A DNA stretch of 64,000 nt, from assembly GCA_030041225.1 (NCBI GenBank), contig JASHOG010000040.1:16243-80242 (forward strand), given 5' to 3'. Numbering within the stretch: the stretch's first letter is position 1; each line of letters starts with the position of its first letter. The notes under the pieces are model-generated. The model had not been told where the DNA came from and did no database searches. It saw only the letters and a list, made by a program, of their open reading frames with translations. Position numbers and translations under genes: made by a program. Shown here piece by piece: positions 33,665-42,705 of this stretch. The DNA comes from Vulcanimicrobiota bacterium (GTDB lineage Bacteria > Vulcanimicrobiota > Vulcanimicrobiia > Vulcanimicrobiales > Vulcanimicrobiaceae).

Positions 33665-35356
33665 CTAGCGAATTCCCGCGGCGTATCCACACCGCCGCAG
33701 GTCGGCGCAGGCCCCGAGCTTGCCGGACGTCTCACGCCACGCGACCTGAAACGAACCCATGTGGAAGTCGTATGCGACCTCGGATTGCAACCGAATGCCG
33801 AGCGCCGTGAGCGCCTTCAGCGTCGCCTCGGAGAGACGCGCTTCTACGGTCAGGCTATAATCCTCGCCCAGCGGCAGCATGCGTGGCGCTTCGACGGCAT
33901 CGACAAAGTCCATGCCGCGGTCGATGACGTTCGCGAGAACCTGTGGGACCGTGCAGTGCACGTTTCCCGGCGAGCCGAGCGAGAACACCGGCTTGCCGGC
34001 CTTCAGCACGATCGTGTTCCCGATGACCGAACGCATCTTCGCACCGGGTGCGAGCCACGTGTCGATGGCGGAACTCATGTTACCGGTGGTCGCGTGAGAG
34101 CCGACCATCGGTACGCCGTCAACGACCTGCCCCGGTATGCCGCCGCTCTGGAGCGTGTTCATCATCTGCACCCAGTTACCGTCCGCATCGACGATGGCGA
34201 GCTCGCAGCTTCCTGCGGGTTGTTTCGCGGGCGGTTCTTTGCCGAGGGGAAGGCCCGCCGCCGCCATCTTCGTCCGTCCCCACGTCATCTCGACGTGCTT
34301 CGTAAGATCGACCTTCGGCTGACTGTGCGCCACGAGCGTCGCGAGCTGCGCGTGCAGCGCGGGATCGAGCAGCGTCTCGGCGGGAACGTCAAAAATCTCC
34401 GGGTCGTTCACGAATCCGCAGATGTGCGAGGCGAGGCGCAGCGCATGCGCCATTGCCCACACGCTCTCCGCAGAGTCGGCGGGCCCGTCGCCGCCGGGAA
34501 CGTTCTCGATGATGCCGAGCGCAACCGCGCAAAAAATTCCTTGGCGCTGCGGGAGAGGCAGGTGCGCGATCTCATGCCCTTTGTGCGTGTACCGCACCGG
34601 TTCTCCCCAACGCGGCGGCGTCGCGGTCATGTGGTTCGGTGTGATCGCCCAGCCGAGAGCATTCGCCCTTTCGATGAAATGCTTCGCCCAAAGGCCGCTG
34701 ATGAAGTAGTCCGGACCCTCCTTTGCGAGTGCCGTGAGCGTCTTTGCCAGATCCGGATTGCGAAAGCGGCTCCCGACGACCGGAAGGAATCCGTCCTGCA
34801 TGTAGAGCGCTCGGCCTTCCGGGAAGTACGTAATGAAATCGAACGCGTACATGTTCACGAGATGCTCGAAGGATGAGACGGGATGCCCCTCCTCGGCCCA
34901 ATAGATCGCTTCCTCGACGAGCGACTCCCACGGTCTGGTGCCGAACTTTTCGTAGATGGCTTTCATGCCCGGCATGAACGCCGGGATTGCTCCCGACGGC
35001 TGCATCTCCGGACGAGAGTATCCTGAGGCAAGCGGCGGCACCGGCTTGAACGGTGCGAGATCGCTTGGAATCGTACCATGGCTATCGAGCCCGTACAGCT
35101 TCCCGCTCTTCGCATCGAAGTAGAGAAACGTCACGGTGCCGGTGTGATTCGTCATGAAGGGCTCGATCGTCGCTTGCACGATGCAGCCGGCAATCGCCGC
35201 ATCCGCGGCATTTCCCCCGGCCGCAAGCACGCGCGTGATCGCGTTCGAGACGATGAGATTGTCGGTGCTCGCGACAGCCTTCTGCTCCCGCACGAACGAG
35301 GTGACGCCCGGGTTTCGTATGAGCTCGGCGTCGGGAAGACTCGGCTTAAAGGGCAT
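33665..35356 (-). CDS. gamma-glutamyltransferase family (Ntn hydrolase) protein, cytoplasmic type
   Basis: 563-aa ORF. Contains AAGGNAADAAIA, a processing-site region ...PAGSCELAIVDADGNWV... and GSPGN blocks, collinear with GGT. Confidence 0.8.
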   Translation of the reverse strand: MPFKPSLPDAELIRNPGVTSFVREQKAVASTDNLIVSNAITRVLAAGGNAADAAIAGCIVQATIEPFMTNHTGTVTFLYFDAKSGKLYGLDSHGTIPSDLAPFKPVPPLASGYSRPEMQPSGAIPAFMPGMKAIYEKFGTRPWESLVEEAIYWAEEGHPVSSFEHLVNMYAFDFITYFPEGRALYMQDGFLPVVGSRFRNPDLAKTLTALAKEGPDYFISGLWAKHFIERANALGWAITPNHMTATPPRWGEPVRYTHKGHEIAHLPLPQRQGIFCAVALGIIENVPGGDGPADSAESVWAMAHALRLASHICGFVNDPEIFDVPAETLLDPALHAQLATLVAHSQPKVDLTKHVEMTWGRTKMAAAGLPLGKEPPAKQPAGSCELAIVDADGNWVQMMNTLQSGGIPGQVVDGVPMVGSHATTGNMSSAIDTWLAPGAKMRSVIGNTIVLKAGKPVFSLGSPGNVHCTVPQVLANVIDRGMDFVDAVEAPRMLPLGEDYSLTVEARLSEATLKALTALGIRLQSEVAYDFHMGSFQVAWRETSGKLGACADLRRCGYAAGIR

Positions 35357-36689
35357 GCGCGTTCCTTTCTTTCAGAGCGGTGGATCGTCGGTCGTTGAGT
35401 GGGGAGAACCAGATGCAGGCGATTCCTGCGGCTGCAAAGAGCACCGGCAGCGCGAACTCGTCGAAGTAGAGTCCGAAGTACGCGAGCGGAGTGTTCGGCG
35501 CGTCCATATGATATTGGAAGAACGCGAGAACATAGAAGCCGAGCGCGCCGGCGATGGCGCTTTGGAAACGAATGATCAAGAGCGTCACGGCGGCGTAGTT
35601 GGCAGCGTGATTTCTTCCTGTGCGCTCCTCGTCGTAGTCGATGATGTCGGCCATCACGGAGTACGGGAGTGAGGCAGTCATGTAGGCTGCCGGCGCGGCC
35701 GCGATGACGGTTGACGCGAGGAGCGCTACGAACGGACCGAATATCGCGGCGAGCGGAAAGTACACGACGCTTCCGGACGCGGTCAAGGCGAGCAGGAGCG
35801 CCCACGAGCGTGCCTTGCCGACGCGGTACGTGATCGCGAGCCAGAGCGGCATCAGGACAATGCCTGCCGCGATGCCGATCATCGTCATACCCTGAAACCA
35901 GTTCGTGAGCCGTAGCGACTCCATGAACGGAATCGCTACGCTCGCGGGCTGCAGGTTCGCGAGGAACGTGAAAATGATCGCACCGGCAAACCACCACATC
36001 GGGACGTTGGTGAGGATCCCTCGCAGGACGCGCAGCAGCTCGCCGCGGGGAGGCGCGTCCTCAGCCGCCTCGGCGCCCCTTGGAACGAACGCAAGCGCGA
36101 TGAGAACCGTGACGATGATCGTCACAGCCGCGACGTATCCGAGCCGGTTGATGACGGTCGTTTGCAAGACGTTATGTCCGCCGAACGCCGGAAAGAGCAG
36201 CGGGAGGCCGAGGAATGCGAACGTCGCCCCGGTTGCGAGCGCGGCGCGGTAGGTGGTGATGCGCGTCCTCATCGCGGTGTCGCGAGTGATCTCGGCTCCC
36301 CATGCGATGTACGGCACGTCGATGACGCTGAACGAGAAGAGCGCAAGTGACGAGGCAACGCAGAAGTACCACGCGCTCGCGCCTCTCGGCGGGAGGAAGA
36401 GCATGAGCGCAGCGACGACCGCGATTGCGAGCCCGACGAGCATCCATGGCTTGCGCCGCCCCCATGGCGTGTTGAAGCGATCGCTCAAGTACCCGATGAC
36501 CGGTCCGCTGCACGAGTAGACGATCCTCGAGATCAAGACCGCCGTTCCGAACAGAGCGAACGAGCCCGTCCCGTGCGCGATGTAGTACGACGGAAGCACG
36601 ATGAGGATCGGCACGATGATGAACTCGATACCGAAAATCGGCAGAGAGTATGCGATGAGCTGGAGGGACGAGAGGCGCACCTCGCTCAC
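35346..36689 (-). CDS. MFS transporter, glycoside-pentoside-hexuronide (GPH) cation symporter family
   Basis: 447-aa ORF with the GPH signature DRFNTPWGRRKPWML after TM2 and about 12 TM segments. Confidence 0.8.
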   Translation of the reverse strand: MSEVRLSSLQLIAYSLPIFGIEFIIVPILIVLPSYYIAHGTGSFALFGTAVLISRIVYSCSGPVIGYLSDRFNTPWGRRKPWMLVGLAIAVVAALMLFLPPRGASAWYFCVASSLALFSFSVIDVPYIAWGAEITRDTAMRTRITTYRAALATGATFAFLGLPLLFPAFGGHNVLQTTVINRLGYVAAVTIIVTVLIALAFVPRGAEAAEDAPPRGELLRVLRGILTNVPMWWFAGAIIFTFLANLQPASVAIPFMESLRLTNWFQGMTMIGIAAGIVLMPLWLAITYRVGKARSWALLLALTASGSVVYFPLAAIFGPFVALLASTVIAAAPAAYMTASLPYSVMADIIDYDEERTGRNHAANYAAVTLLIIRFQSAIAGALGFYVLAFFQYHMDAPNTPLAYFGLYFDEFALPVLFAAAGIACIWFSPLNDRRSTALKERNAHAL

Positions 36690-37828
36690 CGTGCCGCGCC
36701 CTCGAAGCGTTGCGGAGAAAGAAAGCCGATGTCGAATGCGGTCTCGCCGTCGAGAACGAGATCGGCGATGATCTCTCCGATGACGGGGGTGAACTTGAAG
36801 CCGTGGCCGGAGAAGCCGCCTGCGATAATCGCGCGCGACTCGCCCGGATATGGACCGAGGATGAAATGCTCGTCCGGCGTCATCGTGTACATGCAGGCCT
36901 TCCCATACAGGTAGCGCCCTGCCGCGCCCGGCATCCAGTCGTCGAGCAGCGCGCGTACGGGCTCGACGTCGCTCTCATGGATCGAGCGGTCGAGCTCGTC
37001 GGCGTGCGTCGTCTTTCCCCAAGCGTGAAACGCGGCTTTGACGCCATGACCGTAATCCGGAAAGCCGTAGAGGCGCTTGGGTTGATCCGGACGGTCAACG
37101 AAGAATCCAGGACACCGCTCGACCGAAAACCTGTCGTCGACGGGCTCGAACCAGTGTTGTACGTTCCGCTGCACGACGAGCGGAACTCCGAGGTCGCGAG
37201 CGAGCACTTCGGTCCACGGCCCAGCGCAGAGCGCGACACGCGAGGCTTCGATACTCGAGCCGTCGTCGATCTCGATCGTGATCCGATCGCTCGATGCCTT
37301 CGGATACCACCGCGTCACTCGCGTTTCGAAGAACGTCTCCGCGCCCGCCGCCTGCGCGCGGCGCAGCTGCGCGGCGACGGCGGCCTCGGGAATGACGAAG
37401 CCTCCATCCGGTTCGAAGACGCCGCATTCGTCGTCATGCGGCGCGAACATCGGAAAACGGCGGCGTATCTCGCGTGGGTCGAGCTCCTCAACGGCAAGAT
37501 CGTGCAGACGCGCGCTCTCGACGGTTCGCACGATGATCTCGTTCGTAGGATGCGCCACGGTGAGCAGGCCCGTGATATGAAGGATGCGCGTCCCGTCGTC
37601 ACGCTCGAGCTCGCGCCACGCGTCGTACGCGCGATGCAGCATCGGCACGTACGCGGGATGCTCGAAGTACGCCTTACGAATCATGCGCGATCGCCCGCTC
37701 GAGGCACCGAGATCGTGATCGGGGGTAAACTGCTCAATGCCGAGCACCTTCACGCCACGCCGCGCAAGCTCGGCGAGCGTTGCGCTTCCCATGCCTCCAA
37801 GCCCGACGACGACGGCGTCGTACTTCAT
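36686..37828 (-). CDS. FAD-dependent monomeric sarcosine oxidase / N-methyl-L-tryptophan oxidase-like enzyme
   Basis: Track ORF 36686-38008; start at M61 (MKYDAVVVGLGGMGSATLAELARRG, a dinucleotide-binding motif). C-terminal GGFSGHGFKF block. ATGA overlap with the upstream peptidase stop. Confidence 0.85.
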   Translation of the reverse strand: MKYDAVVVGLGGMGSATLAELARRGVKVLGIEQFTPDHDLGASSGRSRMIRKAYFEHPAYVPMLHRAYDAWRELERDDGTRILHITGLLTVAHPTNEIIVRTVESARLHDLAVEELDPREIRRRFPMFAPHDDECGVFEPDGGFVIPEAAVAAQLRRAQAAGAETFFETRVTRWYPKASSDRITIEIDDGSSIEASRVALCAGPWTEVLARDLGVPLVVQRNVQHWFEPVDDRFSVERCPGFFVDRPDQPKRLYGFPDYGHGVKAAFHAWGKTTHADELDRSIHESDVEPVRALLDDWMPGAAGRYLYGKACMYTMTPDEHFILGPYPGESRAIIAGGFSGHGFKFTPVIGEIIADLVLDGETAFDIGFLSPQRFEGAAR

Positions 37829-39810
37829 GTCGCTCTCGGCGCTCCGACGTAACGGTCGAGCCACGTAAGCACTCGCGTACACAGATCGATGCGCGTTTCC
37901 AACCGATCGACGTGGTGCCCCTCTTCGGGGTAGATGACGAGCTCGGAAGGCACGCCGTTCTCGACGAGCGCTCGGTGGAACTCCATCGCCTGTCCGGGCG
38001 GCGTGCAACGGTCGAGCGCTCCCGCGACGTGCAGCGTCGGCGTCACGGCGCTGCGCGCGAACATGACCGCGCTGCGCGCGAGGTACGCTCCACGCGCGTC
38101 GTACGGCGAGGCGGCGAGAAAGCGGCGCAAGAAGTCCGGGATGTTCGTCGTGAAGTGCGCGGAGAGGTTGTCCGTGAGGGGTGCCATCGGAATCGCGGCC
38201 GCAAAGCGATTGGTTTGCGTGACGAGCCAGCTCGACATCTGGCCGCCGTAACTGCGCCCCATGACGGCGAGTCGCTTTCGGTCGGCTATGCCGCGCGCAA
38301 CGAGCGTGTCGATGCCTGCGAGGATGTCATATGCGTCCTCGCCCAGCAGATCGCCGCGTACGCGCCGCGCGAACTCCTGGCCTCGCCCGCCGCTTCCGCG
38401 CGGATTCGGATGGAAAACCGCGTAGCCGTGCTTGACGAGCAGCGGCGTGAACACATACGACATCGACCATGCGTTTCTAAATGCCCACACCGGACCGCCG
38501 TGCACGAGAACGACGAGCGGATGATGATCGCCGCCGTCGGGAACGGCGACGTACCCGCCGATGTCGAGCCCGTCGCGGCCCTTCCACGTGCACTCTTCGA
38601 GGTTGCCCCCGACACTGCGAATGTATGCAGCTCCCGCATGCGCCGGATCGTGAACGATGCGGGCCTTGCCGTTGCATACGAGCGCGATTGCGGGGAATCG
38701 TTCGTACGAGTGCAGGATCGCTGCGAAGCGGCCGTCCGCGGCGAACGCCGCGTCGGGGTACATGCGCCCGCCCGTCGTCTCGCGCGTCACCCAGCGCAGC
38801 GTGGAGCTGCCTTTCGCCGCGTCGGCCTCTCCGGCAGCGCATTCGAAGCCGCGCGAGCCTATGAAGCAGAGCGTTCTATCGTCGCGCCATGCAAGCGCCG
38901 AGACATCGACGCCGCTCGTATCGAGGCGCCGCGCATGCGCATTCGAAACGTCGATCACCCAGATGTCACCTGCGACCACCATGCGATCGCTGCAGCACGC
39001 TTGCACGACCGCGACATGCTTGCCGGAGGGAGAGCCGCACGCAAGAGCGACCTGGTCTTCGCGCGGCGCGAGCAAGACGCGTCGCGCTCCGGTTCGCCGC
39101 TCGATATGCTCCAGCCGCGCTCCGTACCATGCGCTTTCGCGCGGATCGCCGGAGACGACGGCAACGACCGCGTCGTTCCCGCACCACGCCGCCTCCCACG
39201 CGGTGAACGCGTCCGCAGTCAGCGCGGTGGCCGCCGTTGCACCGATCTCCCAGATCCAGATCGCTCGCCACGAGTCGGCTGGTATCGCCTCCTCCACGTA
39301 CGGCATCCACGAGGGGAGCGCGCCCCCTGACGCGCGCGCTCCGGATCCTTGCATCCCGGAGAGATCCGCACCCAGTCCTGCAACGAGGAGAAGAATCGCC
39401 GTTCCATCGGGAGACCATGCAAACGACTCGACGACGCCGTCGATCGTGGGCGCAGCGGTGATGCTTTGCGGATGCTCCGGATCGAGGAGGTAGAGCTGAA
39501 ACCGCCCGCTGCGATCGGAGAGAAACGCGAGCAGTCGTGAGTCCGGCGAGAACCGCGCGTTGCAATCGCTGCGCGGTCCGAACGTCACGCGCTCGCAGGA
39601 GCCGCTCGTTGTGTCGATCAGCTCGATGCGCGTGACCGGGACGCCGGAAAACTCCTCGTACACGATTGCAGTGAAGGCGATGCGTGTGCCGTCCGGCGAG
39701 AGCGCGATGTCGTCGATGCCGTCCGCGCGGCCGAGCGCAGGCTCCGCTGCCAGACGAAAGTGCTCGGCAACGTCGTGGTATCGCGGCTCGTGACGGACGT
39801 CTCGCCGCAT
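37825..39810 (-). CDS. S9 family serine peptidase, cytoplasmic (no signal peptide)
   Basis: Track ORF 37825-40122; probable start at M105 (MRRDVRHEPRYHDV...). Has propeller repeats (SPDG-RIAF) and the catalytic motifs GRSYGGQMS, HVAGALDRCTP and PEEGHH. Confidence 0.85.
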   Translation of the reverse strand: MRRDVRHEPRYHDVAEHFRLAAEPALGRADGIDDIALSPDGTRIAFTAIVYEEFSGVPVTRIELIDTTSGSCERVTFGPRSDCNARFSPDSRLLAFLSDRSGRFQLYLLDPEHPQSITAAPTIDGVVESFAWSPDGTAILLLVAGLGADLSGMQGSGARASGGALPSWMPYVEEAIPADSWRAIWIWEIGATAATALTADAFTAWEAAWCGNDAVVAVVSGDPRESAWYGARLEHIERRTGARRVLLAPREDQVALACGSPSGKHVAVVQACCSDRMVVAGDIWVIDVSNAHARRLDTSGVDVSALAWRDDRTLCFIGSRGFECAAGEADAAKGSSTLRWVTRETTGGRMYPDAAFAADGRFAAILHSYERFPAIALVCNGKARIVHDPAHAGAAYIRSVGGNLEECTWKGRDGLDIGGYVAVPDGGDHHPLVVLVHGGPVWAFRNAWSMSYVFTPLLVKHGYAVFHPNPRGSGGRGQEFARRVRGDLLGEDAYDILAGIDTLVARGIADRKRLAVMGRSYGGQMSSWLVTQTNRFAAAIPMAPLTDNLSAHFTTNIPDFLRRFLAASPYDARGAYLARSAVMFARSAVTPTLHVAGALDRCTPPGQAMEFHRALVENGVPSELVIYPEEGHHVDRLETRIDLCTRVLTWLDRYVGAPRAT

Positions 39811-39989
39811 CAGACCTCCACTATAAGGTGTCGTGCGTGCGGAAACCATGCCCAGCGAAGGGGCAAGAAATTGTGCTTGCATGCATTCGGTGGGAGACAT
39901 CGTACTGAACCTGTGTGAGCGGCCGTACGTCCGAAGCCGATCGTCTTTTTTGGGGATTCGAAGACAATCCTCCGACCGAGATTGCAACG

Positions 39990-41561
39990 ATGCTCTCCAA
40001 GATCGGCACGATGGGCATTGCGCGACACGCGATGATCGCAGCCTGTCACAACCTCTCCGCACACATCGGTTTCGGCGTGCTGCGCTCCGGAGGCTCCGCC
40101 GCGGATGCGTTCGTCGCAACAACGTTCAACGATTGGGTGATCAATCCGGGAGCGTCGTCATTCGCGGGACCTCTCGGAGCAATGGTGTACGATCCGAAAC
40201 GCGGGGAGGTTGCGAGCCTCTTCGGAGGGATGAAGAACGTCGCATCTCCGAAAGGGCGGTGGAGCCCGAGCGACACGGCGATCGGAAAGCTCGTCATGGT
40301 CCCCGGCGCAGTTCCTGCGCTCGAGGCCCTGCACCGGCGCTACGGTCGCCTTGCATGGAGCGAGTGTCTCCAGCCTGCCATCGACACCGCGGAACACGGC
40401 TTCACCGTTCCGACGCTCTATGCACGTCTCGTCGCGTCGCGTCTCTCGCTCTTGCAAACCTCGGAGTACGCGCGCGCGACGCTGCTTCCGCACGGTGAGC
40501 CCATTGCCGCCGGTGCGCTGCTTCGCTTCCCGCTCGTCGCGCAGACGTTGCGCGAGATCGCGCGCGAAGGTGCGGCATACGTCCAGCGCGGCGCATGGGC
40601 GAAAGAGATGGTCGCAACGGTTCGTGCCGCCGGCGGAGCGATGACGCTCGCGGATCTCGCTACGTACCGGCCGCTCTGGACGCAGCCGCTGCGCGCCGAG
40701 TATCGCGGCTACGACATCGCTGCTCCCGGCGCGCCGGACACGGGCGGCGCGCGCCTATTGATGGCGATGCTCGCGCTATCGGAGTTCGACGTCGTGCGCC
40801 TCGGGCATTGGTCGAAGCACGCGGCGGCGCTCGAGCTGATGACGAAAGTCTTCCGCGGCATCATGGCGGAGTCGTGGCTCGACGATCACGCGACAATGAT
40901 GAACGCGGAGCGCGTTGCCGAGCTCGTCGTTTCAAGCGCGAGGCGCGTTGCCGCGAGCGCCGCTGCGCCGGATATTCCTCGCGTCGAGCGCTCCGGTCAC
41001 CACAGCTACCACGTCATCGCCGTCGATCCCGACGGGTTGGTCGTCAGCGGAACGCATACGATCGAGTCGCTTCCGTGGGGAAACACCGCGCTCTTCGTCG
41101 GCGGCATTCCGCTCAACGGCAGCGCGAGCATCAATCTCGCGACGCCCCCGGGAGAATACGAGCTCGCACCGCTGAGCGCGTCGATCGTTCTGCGCGGCGG
41201 CAGGTTCGTCGCGGCGAGCGGGGCCTTCTCCTCGTCGCTCTTTCCGGCCGATTATCAGGTGCTCTGCAACGCGCTCGACTTTAAGATGCTTCCGGAGGAA
41301 GCGCTGTTGCAACCGCGCTTCGGATACTTCGCGGTCGATCTCGCAAAGCTCACGGTCGATGCGCACAAGATCATGCTCGACCCGCGGTACCCGCGCAAGC
41401 TCGTCGCAGAGGTTGCGGCCGCTACGGATATCGGGTTCGACCAGGGACCCGGGTACGTCGACGTTGGAATGCCGGTGCTCGTGACGCGCGATGAGGATTC
41501 CGGCCTGTTGCGCGGGATGACGCCGGAAGTACTTCCGGAAGGGGCGGCACTGGGGTTTTGA
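39990..41561 (+). CDS. gamma-glutamyltransferase family (Ntn hydrolase) protein, second divergent copy
   Basis: Track ORF 39915-41561; start probably at M26 (MLSKIGTMGIARHAMIAACHNLSAHIGFGVLRSGGSAADAFVA). Processing-site region SGHHSYHVIAVDPDGLVVSGTHTIES. Confidence 0.75.
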   Translation: MLSKIGTMGIARHAMIAACHNLSAHIGFGVLRSGGSAADAFVATTFNDWVINPGASSFAGPLGAMVYDPKRGEVASLFGGMKNVASPKGRWSPSDTAIGKLVMVPGAVPALEALHRRYGRLAWSECLQPAIDTAEHGFTVPTLYARLVASRLSLLQTSEYARATLLPHGEPIAAGALLRFPLVAQTLREIAREGAAYVQRGAWAKEMVATVRAAGGAMTLADLATYRPLWTQPLRAEYRGYDIAAPGAPDTGGARLLMAMLALSEFDVVRLGHWSKHAAALELMTKVFRGIMAESWLDDHATMMNAERVAELVVSSARRVAASAAAPDIPRVERSGHHSYHVIAVDPDGLVVSGTHTIESLPWGNTALFVGGIPLNGSASINLATPPGEYELAPLSASIVLRGGRFVAASGAFSSSLFPADYQVLCNALDFKMLPEEALLQPRFGYFAVDLAKLTVDAHKIMLDPRYPRKLVAEVAAATDIGFDQGPGYVDVGMPVLVTRDEDSGLLRGMTPEVLPEGAALGF

Positions 41562-41708
41562 GCTCTTCCATGCGGCGAGGCCGATTCTTGACGCTGCTGG
41601 CATTGCTCTGCGCGACGTTGACGATGCGGATCCCGCCCGGAGCGTTGCGCGCCGCAGGTTCGTCGCCGCGCCTGCTGGACCCGAGCATGCTTCACGTGTT
41701 TACGCCGA

Positions 41709-42509
41709 TCAGCCGGGCCAGCGCGGAATGAGAAACTCTTTAGGACACGTATCCTGATTCGTCGGCGCGTTAACGAGCGAGGGGCTCGCCGGAAATGCGC
41801 CGATCTTCTGCGCCTTCACCGTGATCCACAACTGCGTGAGCACGATGCGCCCCGCGGCATCGCGCTCGCACTGCAGTTGCAGCGATGCGCTCGCGTGTGT
41901 TGAGAACGCGGCGTCGAAGTGCACGATAAGCGATTCGTGCGTAACGCCGAGCCCCGACTGAGCCGCGAGATACTTCCCAAAGGCGCTCCGGACCACTGCC
42001 TCACGCATCTCGAGCTCCGTCGAGAAAAAGCGCGTCGGGTCGAAGCCGAAGCACTGCACGTGCTTGTCGTATTCGTGGGTGAGCAGGCTGCGTTTGAAAT
42101 GGGGCATGACGGCGTCGAGCCTGCTGCGCAGCGATGCGCCGAGTGCGGGCGCGGCGCTGCTGTGCACGTAGTAATCGCAGCCCCTCGACCACCATTGTGG
42201 GTCGGTGATGCCGCGCTCGATCAGCTCGCGCGGGCGCGACGCCCAGAGCCCATGCAAGCCGATGAGCGACGACCTAGCTTGGTTGGGTAAACAGCCGCCG
42301 TCCGTCGAGCAGATGCCGGGTTGCCACGTGAGCGCGAAGGTGTAGTGATCGAAATCCCCGTGGACCGCCGGTTTCAGCGGCTGCGTAACGCCGGCAGCGA
42401 CGAGGACGAAGGCTAAAACGATGATTAAAGGTCGGTTGCCCTGCCCACAAGCCTGATGACGATCGCGAGGCCCGACTCGTTGCCCAGTACATATGACCTC
42501 CCGCGTCAT
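41709..42509 (-). CDS. ribonuclease T2 family protein (secreted)
   Basis: Track ORF 41709-42596. CAS I-like LIGLHGLWASRP and CAS II-like LLTHEYDKHVQCF motifs, with a hydrophobic leader PLIIVLAFVLVAAGV. The start is uncertain: M30 is used because it is the nearest canonical start to the leader. Confidence 0.7.
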   Translation of the reverse strand: MTREVICTGQRVGPRDRHQACGQGNRPLIIVLAFVLVAAGVTQPLKPAVHGDFDHYTFALTWQPGICSTDGGCLPNQARSSLIGLHGLWASRPRELIERGITDPQWWSRGCDYYVHSSAAPALGASLRSRLDAVMPHFKRSLLTHEYDKHVQCFGFDPTRFFSTELEMREAVVRSAFGKYLAAQSGLGVTHESLIVHFDAAFSTHASASLQLQCERDAAGRIVLTQLWITVKAQKIGAFPASPSLVNAPTNQDTCPKEFLIPRWPG

Positions 42510-42531
42510 CGAACTCAAGGAGAAATCACGC

Positions 42532-42705
42532 ATGAAGTACGTGGCATTATTCGCATTCGTCCTCACGATGTTCGGAGCGATGGCCGTTCCCTCCACGCAG
42601 GCATTGGCATGGGGTGGGGGCTGCGGTTGGCACCAGCGCTGGATACCGGGCCACTGGGCGTGGCGATGGAACCATCGCGTCTGGATCCCCGGCCACTGCG
42701 TCTAG
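42532..42705 (+). CDS. small secreted Trp/His-rich peptide with two W-x-x-G-x-W-type repeats bracketed by Cys
   Basis: Track ORF 42493-42705; ATG 42532 follows AAGGAG. Sequence: MKYVALFAFVLTMFGAMAVPSTQALA / WGGGCGWHQRWIPGHWAWRWNHRVWIPGHCV. Confidence 0.55.
   Translation: MKYVALFAFVLTMFGAMAVPSTQALAWGGGCGWHQRWIPGHWAWRWNHRVWIPGHCV

Noticed and set aside
41570-41728. 52-codon ORF with a signal-peptide-like start (MRRGRFLTLLALLCATLTM...) between GGT copy 2 and the RNase T2 gene
   Set aside because: It is too short and has no recognisable mature domain. It overlaps the RNase T2 3' end. It may be the remnant of a lost exported gene, but it cannot be supported as a feature.
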